A stretch of DNA of 64,000 bases, taken from a bacterium (GTDB lineage: Bacteria; Electryoneota; RPQS01). The position numbers and the translations under genes are program-made. Each line of letters starts with the position of its first letter. The stretch's first letter is position 1. The stretch covers positions 6,731 through 70,730 of the forward strand of contig JADKHW010000015.1 in the NCBI GenBank assembly GCA_016721565.1, read 5' to 3'. Shown in pieces: positions 1-8,844 of the stretch. Under the pieces are notes generated by a model that searched no databases, was not told the DNA's origin, and saw nothing but the letters and a program-made list of their open reading frames with translations.

Positions 1-1180
1 CGGTCGAGACATGGATTTCATACAAGTCGTCAAGCGAGCCGTCATCATTACCGTCGCTGTCGAGCAGGTCTGCCCAGACGTAATATGCAAAGCGCAGTTT
101 CTGCCACGCACCCGGGCCGCCTTGGCCGGGACGTGCAGTATCCGGCATCACGATTGGTGGTGACACCAACGCGTTCTCAATCAATGCCCAGCCGCGATGC
201 TCAGCATTCCATGAGAAGTCTTGATCCGGAATAGCCGTCATGCCTGTCGGAGCGGTGCTGTCTTCAAAGGCCCATGTATCGCCAACTGGTGTCAGCGGGA
301 ACGCCTCAATTGTCCAGCCGGTCGTGTTGTCACCATCGTTTGACAACAGCGTCGTGCTGCTGTTCGTCACACGGATAGAGTCCAAGATCAAGCCGAAATA
401 GGACGAGTCAAGCGATCCGTCGTTTGCGCTTGCGGCCGGATCAGATAAGAACGCATAGCGGAAACGCACATTGCTTTGGCCCGCATATGCGTCCAAGTTA
501 ATGGTAATCGTTTGGTAGGCAGCGGAGAAAGCCGTGCCGCCCCAAGCCGCGTAGCAGCCTTCATAGCAGTGGTCACTCCAGGCAAAACCACAGGAGCCCG
601 TGTACGGCAACGAGACATCGCCGGGGGCTGGAATAGCCCAAGTGCTTCCGCCGTCGCTTGAAACCTGAACGTCCCACGAATCCCACAAGTTATACGGGGG
701 AGTCTCACCGCCTGGGGTTTCAATTTTCCAACGAGCTTTGAATGCAAGCCTGATAGGCGCGCTCGAACTTGAAAGATCGATTGTCGGGCTTTCGAGGTAG
801 TGCTCTTGGTGATTCGCGTATCCACCGGGAGCAACGAGGTTGTCTGTCAACAAGGCATCGCCGCACCACAGAGCCGGTGCATTGGGATCGCCGATTGGCA
901 CATTGTCCGAGTGCCAATAGGGAGTACCGGGAACTGTGTAGTCAACGGTTGTCCAGCCACCAATGGCTTCCATGCTATCAATCACTATCGTCGAGTCAAA
1001 CGCATCGAGCGAATGGCCCGGGTTGCGTGAATAAAGTGCGTCCAACGGAATTTCGATTTCTTCAGCAGTCTCCAAAACTACAGAAGTCGAAGAAGGCGCT
1101 TGAATAAGGTTAGCACCGGCAAATGCAAATGCCGCGATTCCTGTGATCAGCGCCAGACGAAATACAATTTTACTGACCAT
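1..1180 (-). CDS. Secreted hypothetical protein, N-terminal part (3' end runs off the window)
   Basis: I translated the minus strand from ATG 1180-1178, which has GGAG 9 nt upstream. The product starts MVSKIVFRLALITGIAAFAFAGANLIQAPSS, a signal peptide. The frame stays open to position 1, which explains its absence from the ORF track (no stop in window). No family recognised. Confidence 0.65.
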   Translation of the reverse strand, partial: MVSKIVFRLALITGIAAFAFAGANLIQAPSSTSVVLETAEEIEIPLDALYSRNPGHSLDAFDSTIVIDSMEAIGGWTTVDYTVPGTPYWHSDNVPIGDPNAPALWCGDALLTDNLVAPGGYANHQEHYLESPTIDLSSSSAPIRLAFKARWKIETPGGETPPYNLWDSWDVQVSSDGGSTWAIPAPGDVSLPYTGSCGFAWSDHCYEGCYAAWGGTAFSAAYQTITINLDAYAGQSNVRFRYAFLSDPAASANDGSLDSSYFGLILDSIRVTNSSTTLLSNDGDNTTGWTIEAFPLTPVGDTWAFEDSTAPTGMTAIPDQDFSWNAEHRGWALIENALVSPPIVMPDTARPGQGGPGAWQKLRFAYYVWADLLDSDGNDDGSLDDLYEIHVST

Positions 1181-1305
1181 GCTTTTTCTCCGGAAAGTTA
1201 TAAAAATCTTTCGGTTGGGACCCAGTGAACCGGAAAGCTCACCGGAAAAAAATACGGACATGAGAGCGATTCTCATGCCCGTATCTGGATGTTCGTGAGA
1301 CACCG

Positions 1306-1348
1306 GACGGATAGACCGCCGAGCCGTTTTGCTCGCGGTCTATCCGTC
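1306..1348 (-). terminator. Hairpin downstream of the 1393..3183 gene
   Basis: Inverted repeat GACGGATAGACCGC (1306-1319) / GCGGTCTATCCGTC (1335-1348), located 45 nt past the stop of the minus-strand gene. Confidence 0.5.
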
Positions 1349-1392
1349 ACAGATAGTTCTAAGTTACAAGACCAGACAACGGGCGATGAAGA

Positions 1393-3183
1393 TTACTTCA
1401 TCAACACCATTTTCTGTGTCGCGGTGAAACCATTCACCGTCATCTTGTACATGTACATACCGGAAGCAAGGCCCGAAGCGTCGAAGTCAACCGTGTAGCT
1501 ACCGGCATCTTGAACGCCGTTCACCAACGTCGCAACTTCGCGGCCGTCAACCGAGTAAACCTTCAGCTCAACATTGCCCGTCTCGCGAACAGTGTACTGA
1601 ATGTTGGTGGTCGGGTTGAACGGGTTCGGGTAGTTCTGCATCAACGAGTATTCGGTCACGATGCCAGCGCCAGCCATCGGCGTGGCTTCTGCCCACATAC
1701 CGAACGCGGTCGCTGCGCCGTTCACGTCATAAGCCGTGAGGCGGTAGATGTAACGCTCGCCATTGACAACGTTGTTGTCAACGAAGGTGTAGCTGTGGCC
1801 GGTGGCGTTGTCGCCAAGACCTGTGACTTCAGCAAGGAACTCGCCATTGCGCGAAACTTCCCAACGCTCGATGTCGCTCTCGGCGTTCGTGCGCCAGTTC
1901 AACGTGACCTTCGAGTCACCGGAGATGGCGTCAAAGCCTGTCAACTCAACGGCCAACGAGTTGTCACCCGTGAAGGTAACGTCAACCGGGCAGCAGCAGA
2001 ACTGACGTGAGTCGATGATCAAATAATACGTATCCGGGAACCAGCAGCCGAGATCGTCCGGAGCGCCGTTACCCGAGAAGTTGTGGGTTTGACCTTGGCC
2101 AAACACCGGGAAGTTCGGAGCACCAGCGGAAAGGGCGCCGAAGCTGTCAAACAAGATCGAACGAACGCGGAACCACTGGTCGCAACCGGCGGACGGCGTA
2201 ATCGTGATGTTGAAACAAGTCGGATCGGCAATCGAGGTGAACGAAAGCACGGCGTCCGGACCGTGGCCCGTAAAGGTACCAAGGCCGAACAACTGCATGT
2301 TGTAATCTGAGCAGTAGTTGCACAGATCAACCGTGCCAGCCCAGCTCGGGGAGTCGATCAAGATTGGGTTGGTGTCGTCGTCACCAGGATAGGTGCGTAC
2401 GCAGGGTTCGCAAGTGGTGGCAGCGCAATCAAAGCCGGCGTCACCATTCACAAACAAGGCTACGTCGCCGGGGTTGCAGGTCGCGCCGCAACCGAAGTCA
2501 AGCGAGCCGGGGAACCAGCACCAATCGGGGGTGCCGCCGAGGAAGAAATGGAACCATGCGTCGCCAAGTTCAGTCGTCGGGCCACCAACCGTCAGGTCGA
2601 AGCCGGGGGTCGGAGCAACGCCGGGGGTACCGTTGTAGCTGATGAACGAAGCGATAACATAGAACGGACCACTAACACAGCACTCGAGCAAAACGTTCTG
2701 AACGAACGTCTCGGGAGCATCCACGTCTGCTTGGGTGATCGTGTAGGACACGTCCACGCCGCAAAGTTCGGCGCCCGGTCCCTTAAGGTTCTGAGCAATG
2801 CCGGGGGAAGCTGCATCTTTCGGGCAGTTGATGCTGACACGGTAGTTCACCGTGAAGCCAACTTCTTCAGCTCCGAAGAAGAACAGCAACGGAACGTCCA
2901 CAGACGTGATGTGGAACGGATAGAACGGAGCTGAGCAACCGGCGTCGCCATCAGTCGTGGGATCGATGTACGCGGCGTACTTGTCTTCGCCGTCCCAACC
3001 AAACGAGTTAACGGAAGCTGTCGGGGCCAACGTGGTCAACACGCATGAACCCGTGCGGTCAACTGGGCGCGCGATGATGCGGTTTTCGTCACCACGGATC
3101 GTGGGGCCGGGTTGCACATCAGCTAATGCGAACGATGACAGGCCTAATATGGCCATAATACACAAAATCAAATACTTACGCAT
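1393..3183 (-). CDS. Cys-rich secreted protein with Fn3-like module and T9SS C-terminal sorting domain
   Basis: 596-aa ORF. Signal peptide MRKYLILCIMAILGLSSFALA. Fn3-like stretch KVTLNWRTNAESDIERWEVSRNG..YIYRLTAYD. C-terminus NYPNPFNPTTNIQYTV...GMYMYKMTVNGFTATQKMVLMK is a T9SS CTD. Confidence 0.85.
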   Translation of the reverse strand: MRKYLILCIMAILGLSSFALADVQPGPTIRGDENRIIARPVDRTGSCVLTTLAPTASVNSFGWDGEDKYAAYIDPTTDGDAGCSAPFYPFHITSVDVPLLFFFGAEEVGFTVNYRVSINCPKDAASPGIAQNLKGPGAELCGVDVSYTITQADVDAPETFVQNVLLECCVSGPFYVIASFISYNGTPGVAPTPGFDLTVGGPTTELGDAWFHFFLGGTPDWCWFPGSLDFGCGATCNPGDVALFVNGDAGFDCAATTCEPCVRTYPGDDDTNPILIDSPSWAGTVDLCNYCSDYNMQLFGLGTFTGHGPDAVLSFTSIADPTCFNITITPSAGCDQWFRVRSILFDSFGALSAGAPNFPVFGQGQTHNFSGNGAPDDLGCWFPDTYYLIIDSRQFCCCPVDVTFTGDNSLAVELTGFDAISGDSKVTLNWRTNAESDIERWEVSRNGEFLAEVTGLGDNATGHSYTFVDNNVVNGERYIYRLTAYDVNGAATAFGMWAEATPMAGAGIVTEYSLMQNYPNPFNPTTNIQYTVRETGNVELKVYSVDGREVATLVNGVQDAGSYTVDFDASGLASGMYMYKMTVNGFTATQKMVLMK

Positions 3184-3562
3184 ACCGGGACTCCATTTGT
3201 TTGGAATTTTCGAACCACCAAGATCGAATATTTACGCTTTTGCTTAACACCATGTTGCGGTATATAAAATATACTAAGACTACTCAATCGTCAAGAGGTT
3301 TCAAGGTTGTATGAAAAATAATCATCGTTTATCACATAGCTACCTGAACCCCCTCTTTACGTCCTAACTTGTAATTCTGTGAAGAGTTTGCTTTAATAAC
3401 CCATCCTCAAACTGACTGAGCGGTTTGGGAATCGGAGGACTCCTACCTCTCTTTCGCCTCATTCAAACCCAATAATTCAAACTAAATGACCCTCCCACAC
3501 CCTCCCGTGCTCTGCGCCTTCGCACGCTTAATGCGCAACCGCCGCAATCCGGGGGCTTCGTA

Positions 3563-4960
3563 TTGTATTGGATGCTGGCACAAAGGCGGGTAAACTTCAA
3601 CTTTGCTCTTGAGCGCGCCGTGCAGTGGGCCGTGAAGCTAAAGCAGCCGCTCTTGGTGCTTGAATCGCTCACTTTGGTCTATGAATTTGCCAGTCCGAGA
3701 CAGCATGTTTTTCTGTTGCAGGGGATGGCTGATAATGCGGCTCGTCTTAGCCGTAAGCCCGTGACGTATTATCCCTTCGTTGAGATGATTCCGGGTGAAC
3801 GCGGCGATCTACTTCGAGCGCTGGCGTCACAAGCTTCTGTTGTTGTGGTGGATGATTTTCCGATGGCGATGCATCAGGAGTTAATCTCTGATGCGGCCAA
3901 CGACTTCCCGTGTAAGCTTGAAGCGGTGGATTCGTGCGGCTTGCTTCCGTTGCGCGCGGCGGATATTACTTTTCCCACGGCGTTTGCTTTCAGAAGGTTC
4001 TTGCAGAGAAATTTGCGCGAGCATCTGGGTAGTTTCCCGGCTCCGGATCCGCTTGCAAGAGTTTCATTGCCGCCACTTAAACTTGATTCGCGCATCACGG
4101 ATCATTGGCCGATTGCAGATCCGTCTGAGCTGCTTGCCAATCACTCGTGGATGAATGATCTGCCGTTGTTGCATGATGTGAAACCTGTTGCAACAATGGG
4201 CGGCACATCGCGGCTGAACAGGCACTGCGCGATTTTCGCAAACAAACTTTCGCATTATGCTGAAGAGCGCAACCAACCTGAGCAAGATTATTCGAGTGGG
4301 TTAAGTCCTTATTTGCATTTCGGGCACATCTCTGTTCAGCAAGTTTTTTCTGAACTCGCAAAACAAGAAAACTGGCAGATTGAGAAGCTTGCCGACACCG
4401 TGGCGGGAAAGAAAGAGGAGTGGTGGAACATGAGTCAGAATGCCGAAAGTTTTTTGGATGAGTTGATTACTTGGCGTGAACTCGGTTACAATTTTAATCA
4501 CCTGCGCGAGGATTACAAAGAGTTTTCATCGTTGCCGCCGTGGGCCATCAAAACTTTGAATGAGCACAAGGCTGACAAACGGAAATGGCTCTACACCAAA
4601 GAAGAATTTGAACAGGCCGCCACGCATGATCCGCTCTGGAATGCCGCTCAAAACCAGTTGCGAACTGAAGGCAAAATTCACAACTATTTGCGGATGCTTT
4701 GGGGCAAAAAAATTCTCGAGTGGTCTTCAACTCCTGAAGAAGCACTCGAGATTATGATTGAACTGAACGATAAGTACGCGCTTGATGGGCGCGATCCTAA
4801 CTCGTATTCAGGAATTTTGTGGTGTCTGGGCCGCTACGACCGTCCGTGGTTTCCGGAGCGCGAAATCTTCGGGCAGATTCGGTATATGAGCAGTGAGAAT
4901 ACGGCGCGGAAGGTTAGGGTTAAGAATTACATTGCAAAATATTCTTCCCCTCAAAACTGA
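3563..4960 (+). CDS. phr: Deoxyribodipyrimidine (CPD) photolyase, class II
   Basis: 465-aa ORF with class II photolyase signatures: YWMLAQRRVNFNFAL, WWNMSQNAESFLDELITWRELGYNF and NSYSGILWCLGRYDRPW. The annotated start is TTG. The conserved N-terminal strand continues upstream without a canonical start codon (see findings). Confidence 0.9.
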   Translation: MYWMLAQRRVNFNFALERAVQWAVKLKQPLLVLESLTLVYEFASPRQHVFLLQGMADNAARLSRKPVTYYPFVEMIPGERGDLLRALASQASVVVVDDFPMAMHQELISDAANDFPCKLEAVDSCGLLPLRAADITFPTAFAFRRFLQRNLREHLGSFPAPDPLARVSLPPLKLDSRITDHWPIADPSELLANHSWMNDLPLLHDVKPVATMGGTSRLNRHCAIFANKLSHYAEERNQPEQDYSSGLSPYLHFGHISVQQVFSELAKQENWQIEKLADTVAGKKEEWWNMSQNAESFLDELITWRELGYNFNHLREDYKEFSSLPPWAIKTLNEHKADKRKWLYTKEEFEQAATHDPLWNAAQNQLRTEGKIHNYLRMLWGKKILEWSSTPEEALEIMIELNDKYALDGRDPNSYSGILWCLGRYDRPWFPEREIFGQIRYMSSENTARKVRVKNYIAKYSSPQN

Positions 4961-5078
4961 GGCACTCATTCCACAGTTTGTCCCATGATGTCATCACAAC
5001 AAATCGCATAACACGATTTCTCGATGGGGTCTTAGTATCTCCTCGAAGCTGTATTAAAATATCAGCTTACAAACTCCT

Positions 5079-5105
5079 GTGGCGGCCTGAACCGCCACTT
5101 TTTTT
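5079..5105 (+). terminator. Rho-independent terminator after photolyase
   Basis: GTGGCGG-cctgaa-CCGCCAC followed by T7. Confidence 0.8.
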
Positions 5106-5153
5106 GTGCTGGCACATGCTTTGTCTTAGGGTTAATCAAACAGCAACCAAACA

Positions 5154-6659
5154 GTGAGACAACCCATGCGCTTGCACCTTCGAATCCTATCTCTAATCGC
5201 GGCTATCATTCTGGCCCACAGCCTTGCACACGCGACGCTCTATGAAGTCACCATGACAGCCAACAGCTATTCTCCGGACTATCTCAATCTTCAAGTCGGG
5301 GACAGCGTACGGTGGAACAATCAAAGCGGTGACGACCGCTTTATGACCACGATGTCCGGCGAATTTACCAGCGGTAGAATGGCTCCCAATACGAGCTACA
5401 CGCGCCGCATGACCACAGGCTCGTTTAACATCACGGACATCCTCAATCAAAGTATTCATCAGATGATCGACGTTGGTACAAGCACCGACCTCACGTGGAC
5501 AGAGCTTGCGATTCCGATGTTTAATCTTCCGCAACAGGATGTTTTCTTCACCGACAGTCTGCACGGTTGGCTTGCTAACTACATGGGAGTTCACCGCACC
5601 ACCAACGGCGGTCAGAGTTGGAGTTTAACCGAATTCTCCGATGAAGGCTCGCTCTCGCTCTATTTTCTGAATAACTCGCTCGGATATTCGACAGGCCGTG
5701 ACGGTTTCACTTACAGAACGACTGACGGCGGCGTGACGTGGAATTACTTATATACACCCGGCGAAGGCTTGACTGATATCGTATTCACGGACAGCTTGCA
5801 CGGCTGGGCTTGCGGTGAAGACGGCATGCACCCGCGCACGTCTAACGGCGGGACAACTTGGCAAGCCGCTCCGCAAGTGCACGGCATCTTTGAAACCGGA
5901 ATTGATTTCATTGACAATCAAACTGGATGGATGTGCGGGAATCGTGGACGCATCTGGCACTCCACCGACGGCGGCGCGACGTGGAATGTGCAAACCGAAC
6001 AAAACGATTTCAACATCATCTTCAACTCGATGGACATGTGGGATGCGCAAACTGGAGTTGCAGTCGGCACAGACGGCATGGTCTATCGCACGAGCAACGG
6101 CGGCGCGAATTGGGTCACGGGTGCAAGCGGCACAGCGCGAGACATTTTCAAAGTTGTGATGACGTCGGCGATGAATGCGTGGATGTGTGGTGACAGTGGA
6201 CTCGTTGCACGTTCGTTTGACGGCGGTGCGACGTGGACTCAGCTCGCCACGCCCTGTTTCTTCCGCTTCAACAGCGTCCATTTTACTGATCCGGCCAACG
6301 GTTATTTCTGCACGGCGAATGGCCGCGTGTTCCATTATGCTGATTCCGTTGAAGCACCGCCGCCGTGGCACTACCCTGCCGAAGTCGCGCGTCCTGCCGA
6401 CGGCAATTGGTTCCCGATTCAGGATCCTAACAACTATCCCAATCCGTTCAATCCCACGACGAACATCGAGTTTGATCTCAGCACTGCATCAACTGTAAAA
6501 CTTGAAGTGTTCGACATGTTAGGTCGCAGCGTGGCCGTGTTGGCTAACGGCGCATTCCCCAGCGGACGCCACACGGCCACGTTCGACGCCAACAACATGT
6601 CCAGCGGAATGTATTTCTATCAACTGACCTCCGGCCCCAAACCATCACGCGCAAAATGA
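5154..6659 (+). CDS. Secreted BNR/Ycf48-like beta-propeller protein with T9SS CTD (CTD tail frameshifted)
   Basis: Signal peptide LRILSLIAAIILAHSLAHA. Six BNR-type repeats: TTNGGQSW, TTDGGVTW, TSNGGTTW, STDGGATW, TSNGGANW, SFDGGATW. The CTD reads NYPNPFNPTTNIEFDL..GMYFYQLTSG. The canonical end TITRKMILQK* lies in the +1 frame and ends at 6673. Confidence 0.85.
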   Translation: MRQPMRLHLRILSLIAAIILAHSLAHATLYEVTMTANSYSPDYLNLQVGDSVRWNNQSGDDRFMTTMSGEFTSGRMAPNTSYTRRMTTGSFNITDILNQSIHQMIDVGTSTDLTWTELAIPMFNLPQQDVFFTDSLHGWLANYMGVHRTTNGGQSWSLTEFSDEGSLSLYFLNNSLGYSTGRDGFTYRTTDGGVTWNYLYTPGEGLTDIVFTDSLHGWACGEDGMHPRTSNGGTTWQAAPQVHGIFETGIDFIDNQTGWMCGNRGRIWHSTDGGATWNVQTEQNDFNIIFNSMDMWDAQTGVAVGTDGMVYRTSNGGANWVTGASGTARDIFKVVMTSAMNAWMCGDSGLVARSFDGGATWTQLATPCFFRFNSVHFTDPANGYFCTANGRVFHYADSVEAPPPWHYPAEVARPADGNWFPIQDPNNYPNPFNPTTNIEFDLSTASTVKLEVFDMLGRSVAVLANGAFPSGRHTATFDANNMSSGMYFYQLTSGPKPSRAK

Positions 6660-6702
6660 TTTTGCAGAAGTAGTTGCCGCAATTCAACGAACACTGCAAA
6701 CA

Positions 6703-6731
6703 AAAGAGCCGCGAGATTATCGCGGCTCTTT
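6703..6731. terminator. Bidirectional hairpin between convergent genes
   Basis: AAAGAGCCGCGA (6703-6714) / TCGCGGCTCTTT (6720-6731) form a 12-bp stem. It has A-rich and T-rich flanks. Confidence 0.75.
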
Positions 6732-6781
6732 TAATGATTATCACTTTTCTCTTGGTTTCCTACCAAACCACACTCCGCTCG

Positions 6782-8152
6782 TTAAGAATTTCCACACCCG
6801 CATCGGAAAGGAATAGACAAGTTCAAGCTCTGCTGAGCGGAATCGGTTAAATCTGTTGTTGAGGTTTCTAAGGTACGATTCAAGGGAGAGTGAAGGGAAT
6901 CACTCTTCGAGGCTGATAGAACTTGGCTGGGATAGATGCTGCGGTGTCCGGTCATGATAAACGAGACCATCGCGCATCCGGCTGCATACGGGCCGATCTT
7001 CGGACCAAACATCTCTATCGCCATCATGGATGCGGCAATCGGCGTGTTCGCTGCGCCTGACAGAACGGACGTTGTTCCCAAAGCCGCCATCGTCACCGCA
7101 TTCGCTCCAATTATCGAAGCCCAAAAACTACCAAACGTGGCACCGATGAAGAATATCGGCGTCACCACGCCCCCCGACCCGCCCGACTCGAGAGTTATCG
7201 CCGTGGCCAAAATTTTCCCAAGCCAATCAAAAGTCGAAGCAGGTTCACCTTCAAAAATAAATTCCAAATGCCCCGTGCCCAAACCGAGTACATTAGGACT
7301 GAAAACAATCGAGATGCCGATAAGCAGCAGACCGCCAATTGCCGCGCGTGCGATGTAATTGGGCCAAAGTTTTGGCAAGAGTCGTTTGAATCCGCGCACG
7401 GTTTCTATGAATAGAACTGTCACAAACCCAAAGACAATTCCTGTCAGCACCAACTGAATTACATAACCGCTTTCAAGTGGCGGAATGTCCGTTATCGTTT
7501 GGCTCCAGTATGTTACTCCTAACGACGCTGCAATTTGATAAGCTGTGATTCCTGCGATGAACGAGGGGACCAGAACATCATATAGAAGTTGACCAAGAAA
7601 CAGCACTTCCACGCCGAAAATCGCTCCAGCCACGGGAGTTCCGAAGACTGCGGCAAACCCTGCTGATATACCGCAGACAACCAGTTTGCGGCGATCTCTG
7701 TCGTTCAACCTCAATATGCTTGCAAGCCCCGATGCTAAGGCCGCTCCGATTTGCGCCGCCGGTCCCTCTTTGCCTGCGCTACCGCCGCCTGCAATGGTTG
7801 CAACGGTGGCTAAAATCTTCACTGGAACGACACGGAGTTTCATTCGTCCGCTGGCGTTGTGAACTGCGTCAATGATGCGTTCTGTTCCGTGCCCTTCGGC
7901 ATCCGGAGCAAGCTTGCGCACGAACACTACCACTAAAACCAACGTTATCGGAAGAGCAAAAATCAGATATGGAAACGTGGCGCCTTTCGCAACGGACCAT
8001 GAAAGTAAAGTCACGAAACAATAGGTGGAGAAACCCACCAGCGTCCCCACGCCAATCGCCAATACCGTCCAGCGGATGAGCGAAATAAACAGTGCAGACT
8101 GCTCTGTAAGTGTTGCGGTGACTGACCGACTTTGATCGAAGAAGCGTTGCAA
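6782..8152 (-). CDS. ClC-family voltage-gated chloride channel / H+-Cl- antiporter (no CBS domains)
   Basis: 456-aa polytopic membrane ORF. It carries the GKEGPAAQIG motif with the gating Glu and a GGVVTPIFFIGATFG (GxFxP-like) motif. Confidence 0.85.
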   Translation of the reverse strand: MQRFFDQSRSVTATLTEQSALFISLIRWTVLAIGVGTLVGFSTYCFVTLLSWSVAKGATFPYLIFALPITLVLVVVFVRKLAPDAEGHGTERIIDAVHNASGRMKLRVVPVKILATVATIAGGGSAGKEGPAAQIGAALASGLASILRLNDRDRRKLVVCGISAGFAAVFGTPVAGAIFGVEVLFLGQLLYDVLVPSFIAGITAYQIAASLGVTYWSQTITDIPPLESGYVIQLVLTGIVFGFVTVLFIETVRGFKRLLPKLWPNYIARAAIGGLLLIGISIVFSPNVLGLGTGHLEFIFEGEPASTFDWLGKILATAITLESGGSGGVVTPIFFIGATFGSFWASIIGANAVTMAALGTTSVLSGAANTPIAASMMAIEMFGPKIGPYAAGCAMVSFIMTGHRSIYPSQVLSASKSDSLHSPLNRTLETSTTDLTDSAQQSLNLSIPFRCGCGNS

Positions 8153-8325
8153 TTATGTGTGTTCTTTCGTTCGTACTTTTATCGTACCACAATGAATGTA
8201 TTCTAATCTACACTGAAAAACATAGGAGTCAACCCATATTAGGATCCAAAGTTTTTCGATGTGAGTATAGCTCAAAAAGGCAGGCAAGTAACCAAGTTCG
8301 TGAAATGTGATTCCCAATTTTCTAA

Positions 8326-8700
8326 CCCCCTCCTCCCTCCCCGCTTGTAACTTTAATATTCATGCCTCCCTGCCTTTGACAGGGAGCGCATGATTTTCTA
8401 AAACTCGCGATTCCGCTGACGGCCGGAGGCCGATGGTAGTTTGAAGGAAAACGCGGCGACCGAACCTGCGGAATTTGAAAATCTCGGTATACGGGGCAGG
8501 TGAAGACATCTGCCGCCGCGATCAACGCTTGGGGTTCGCGGCACCCGGAGCGGAAGCGGATTCCGGCGGGGAACCGCACGGCGGGGTAGGCAGGATGACA
8601 ATGCGCTTGGGAGTTTCGATTCGTCTGACGCGGGCGGAACGCCTTCCGCCCCTACAATTCCCCGTTGGACGGAGCGCCTTCCCCCTCTCCTCATAGTATG
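8326..8700. other. GC-rich, helix-dense intergenic island (candidate structured RNA, class and strand unknown)
   Basis: My hand count gives about 62% G+C over 8401-8700, against AT-rich flanks. Helices seen:
- CTCCCTG/CAGGGAG (8366-8386)
- CGCGGCG (8452-8458)/CGCCGCG (8514-8520), enclosing GCAG/CTGC
- GCGG-GGAA-CCGC (8566-8577)
- GGGCGGAA-cgcc-TTCCGCCC (8632-8651)
The listed ORFs here are R/G/P-rich junk. Confidence 0.3.
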
Positions 8701-8844
8701 GCAAAATCTGCCTAAGGCAAGCTCTTCGATAGGTTAAGTTCTGTAAAAACATTGGGCAAAACCTCTATTTTTCGTGGTACAGTCCTTGCTTTATGTTATA
8801 CGAAATTCTCCCTATCCCAGAACTTTGCCTAAAGGCAGCCGGCC

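Noticed and set aside
8326-8700. Tried to name the island as RNase P RNA, tmRNA, SRP RNA, a cobalamin, TPP, glycine, c-di-GMP or ydaO riboswitch, or a fluoride riboswitch for the adjacent ClC gene.
   Set aside because: I found none of the following on either strand:
- GGAAAGTCC / ACAGAA P4 elements
- A GGTTCGA..CCA tRNA-like end or an ..ALAA* tag frame
- The GGAAGCAGCC SRP core
- The GCCACTG B12 box
- The CTGAGA TPP core
- The GGCGATGG..CCATAA fluoride core
Partial similarities (e.g. GGCCTCCGGCC) were too short.
8322-8752. Four overlapping 73-98-aa ORFs in the GC-rich intergenic island.
   Set aside because: They overlap one another on both strands, are R/G/P/S-rich, lack an RBS and have no family resemblance. 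The region is better explained as structured non-coding sequence.
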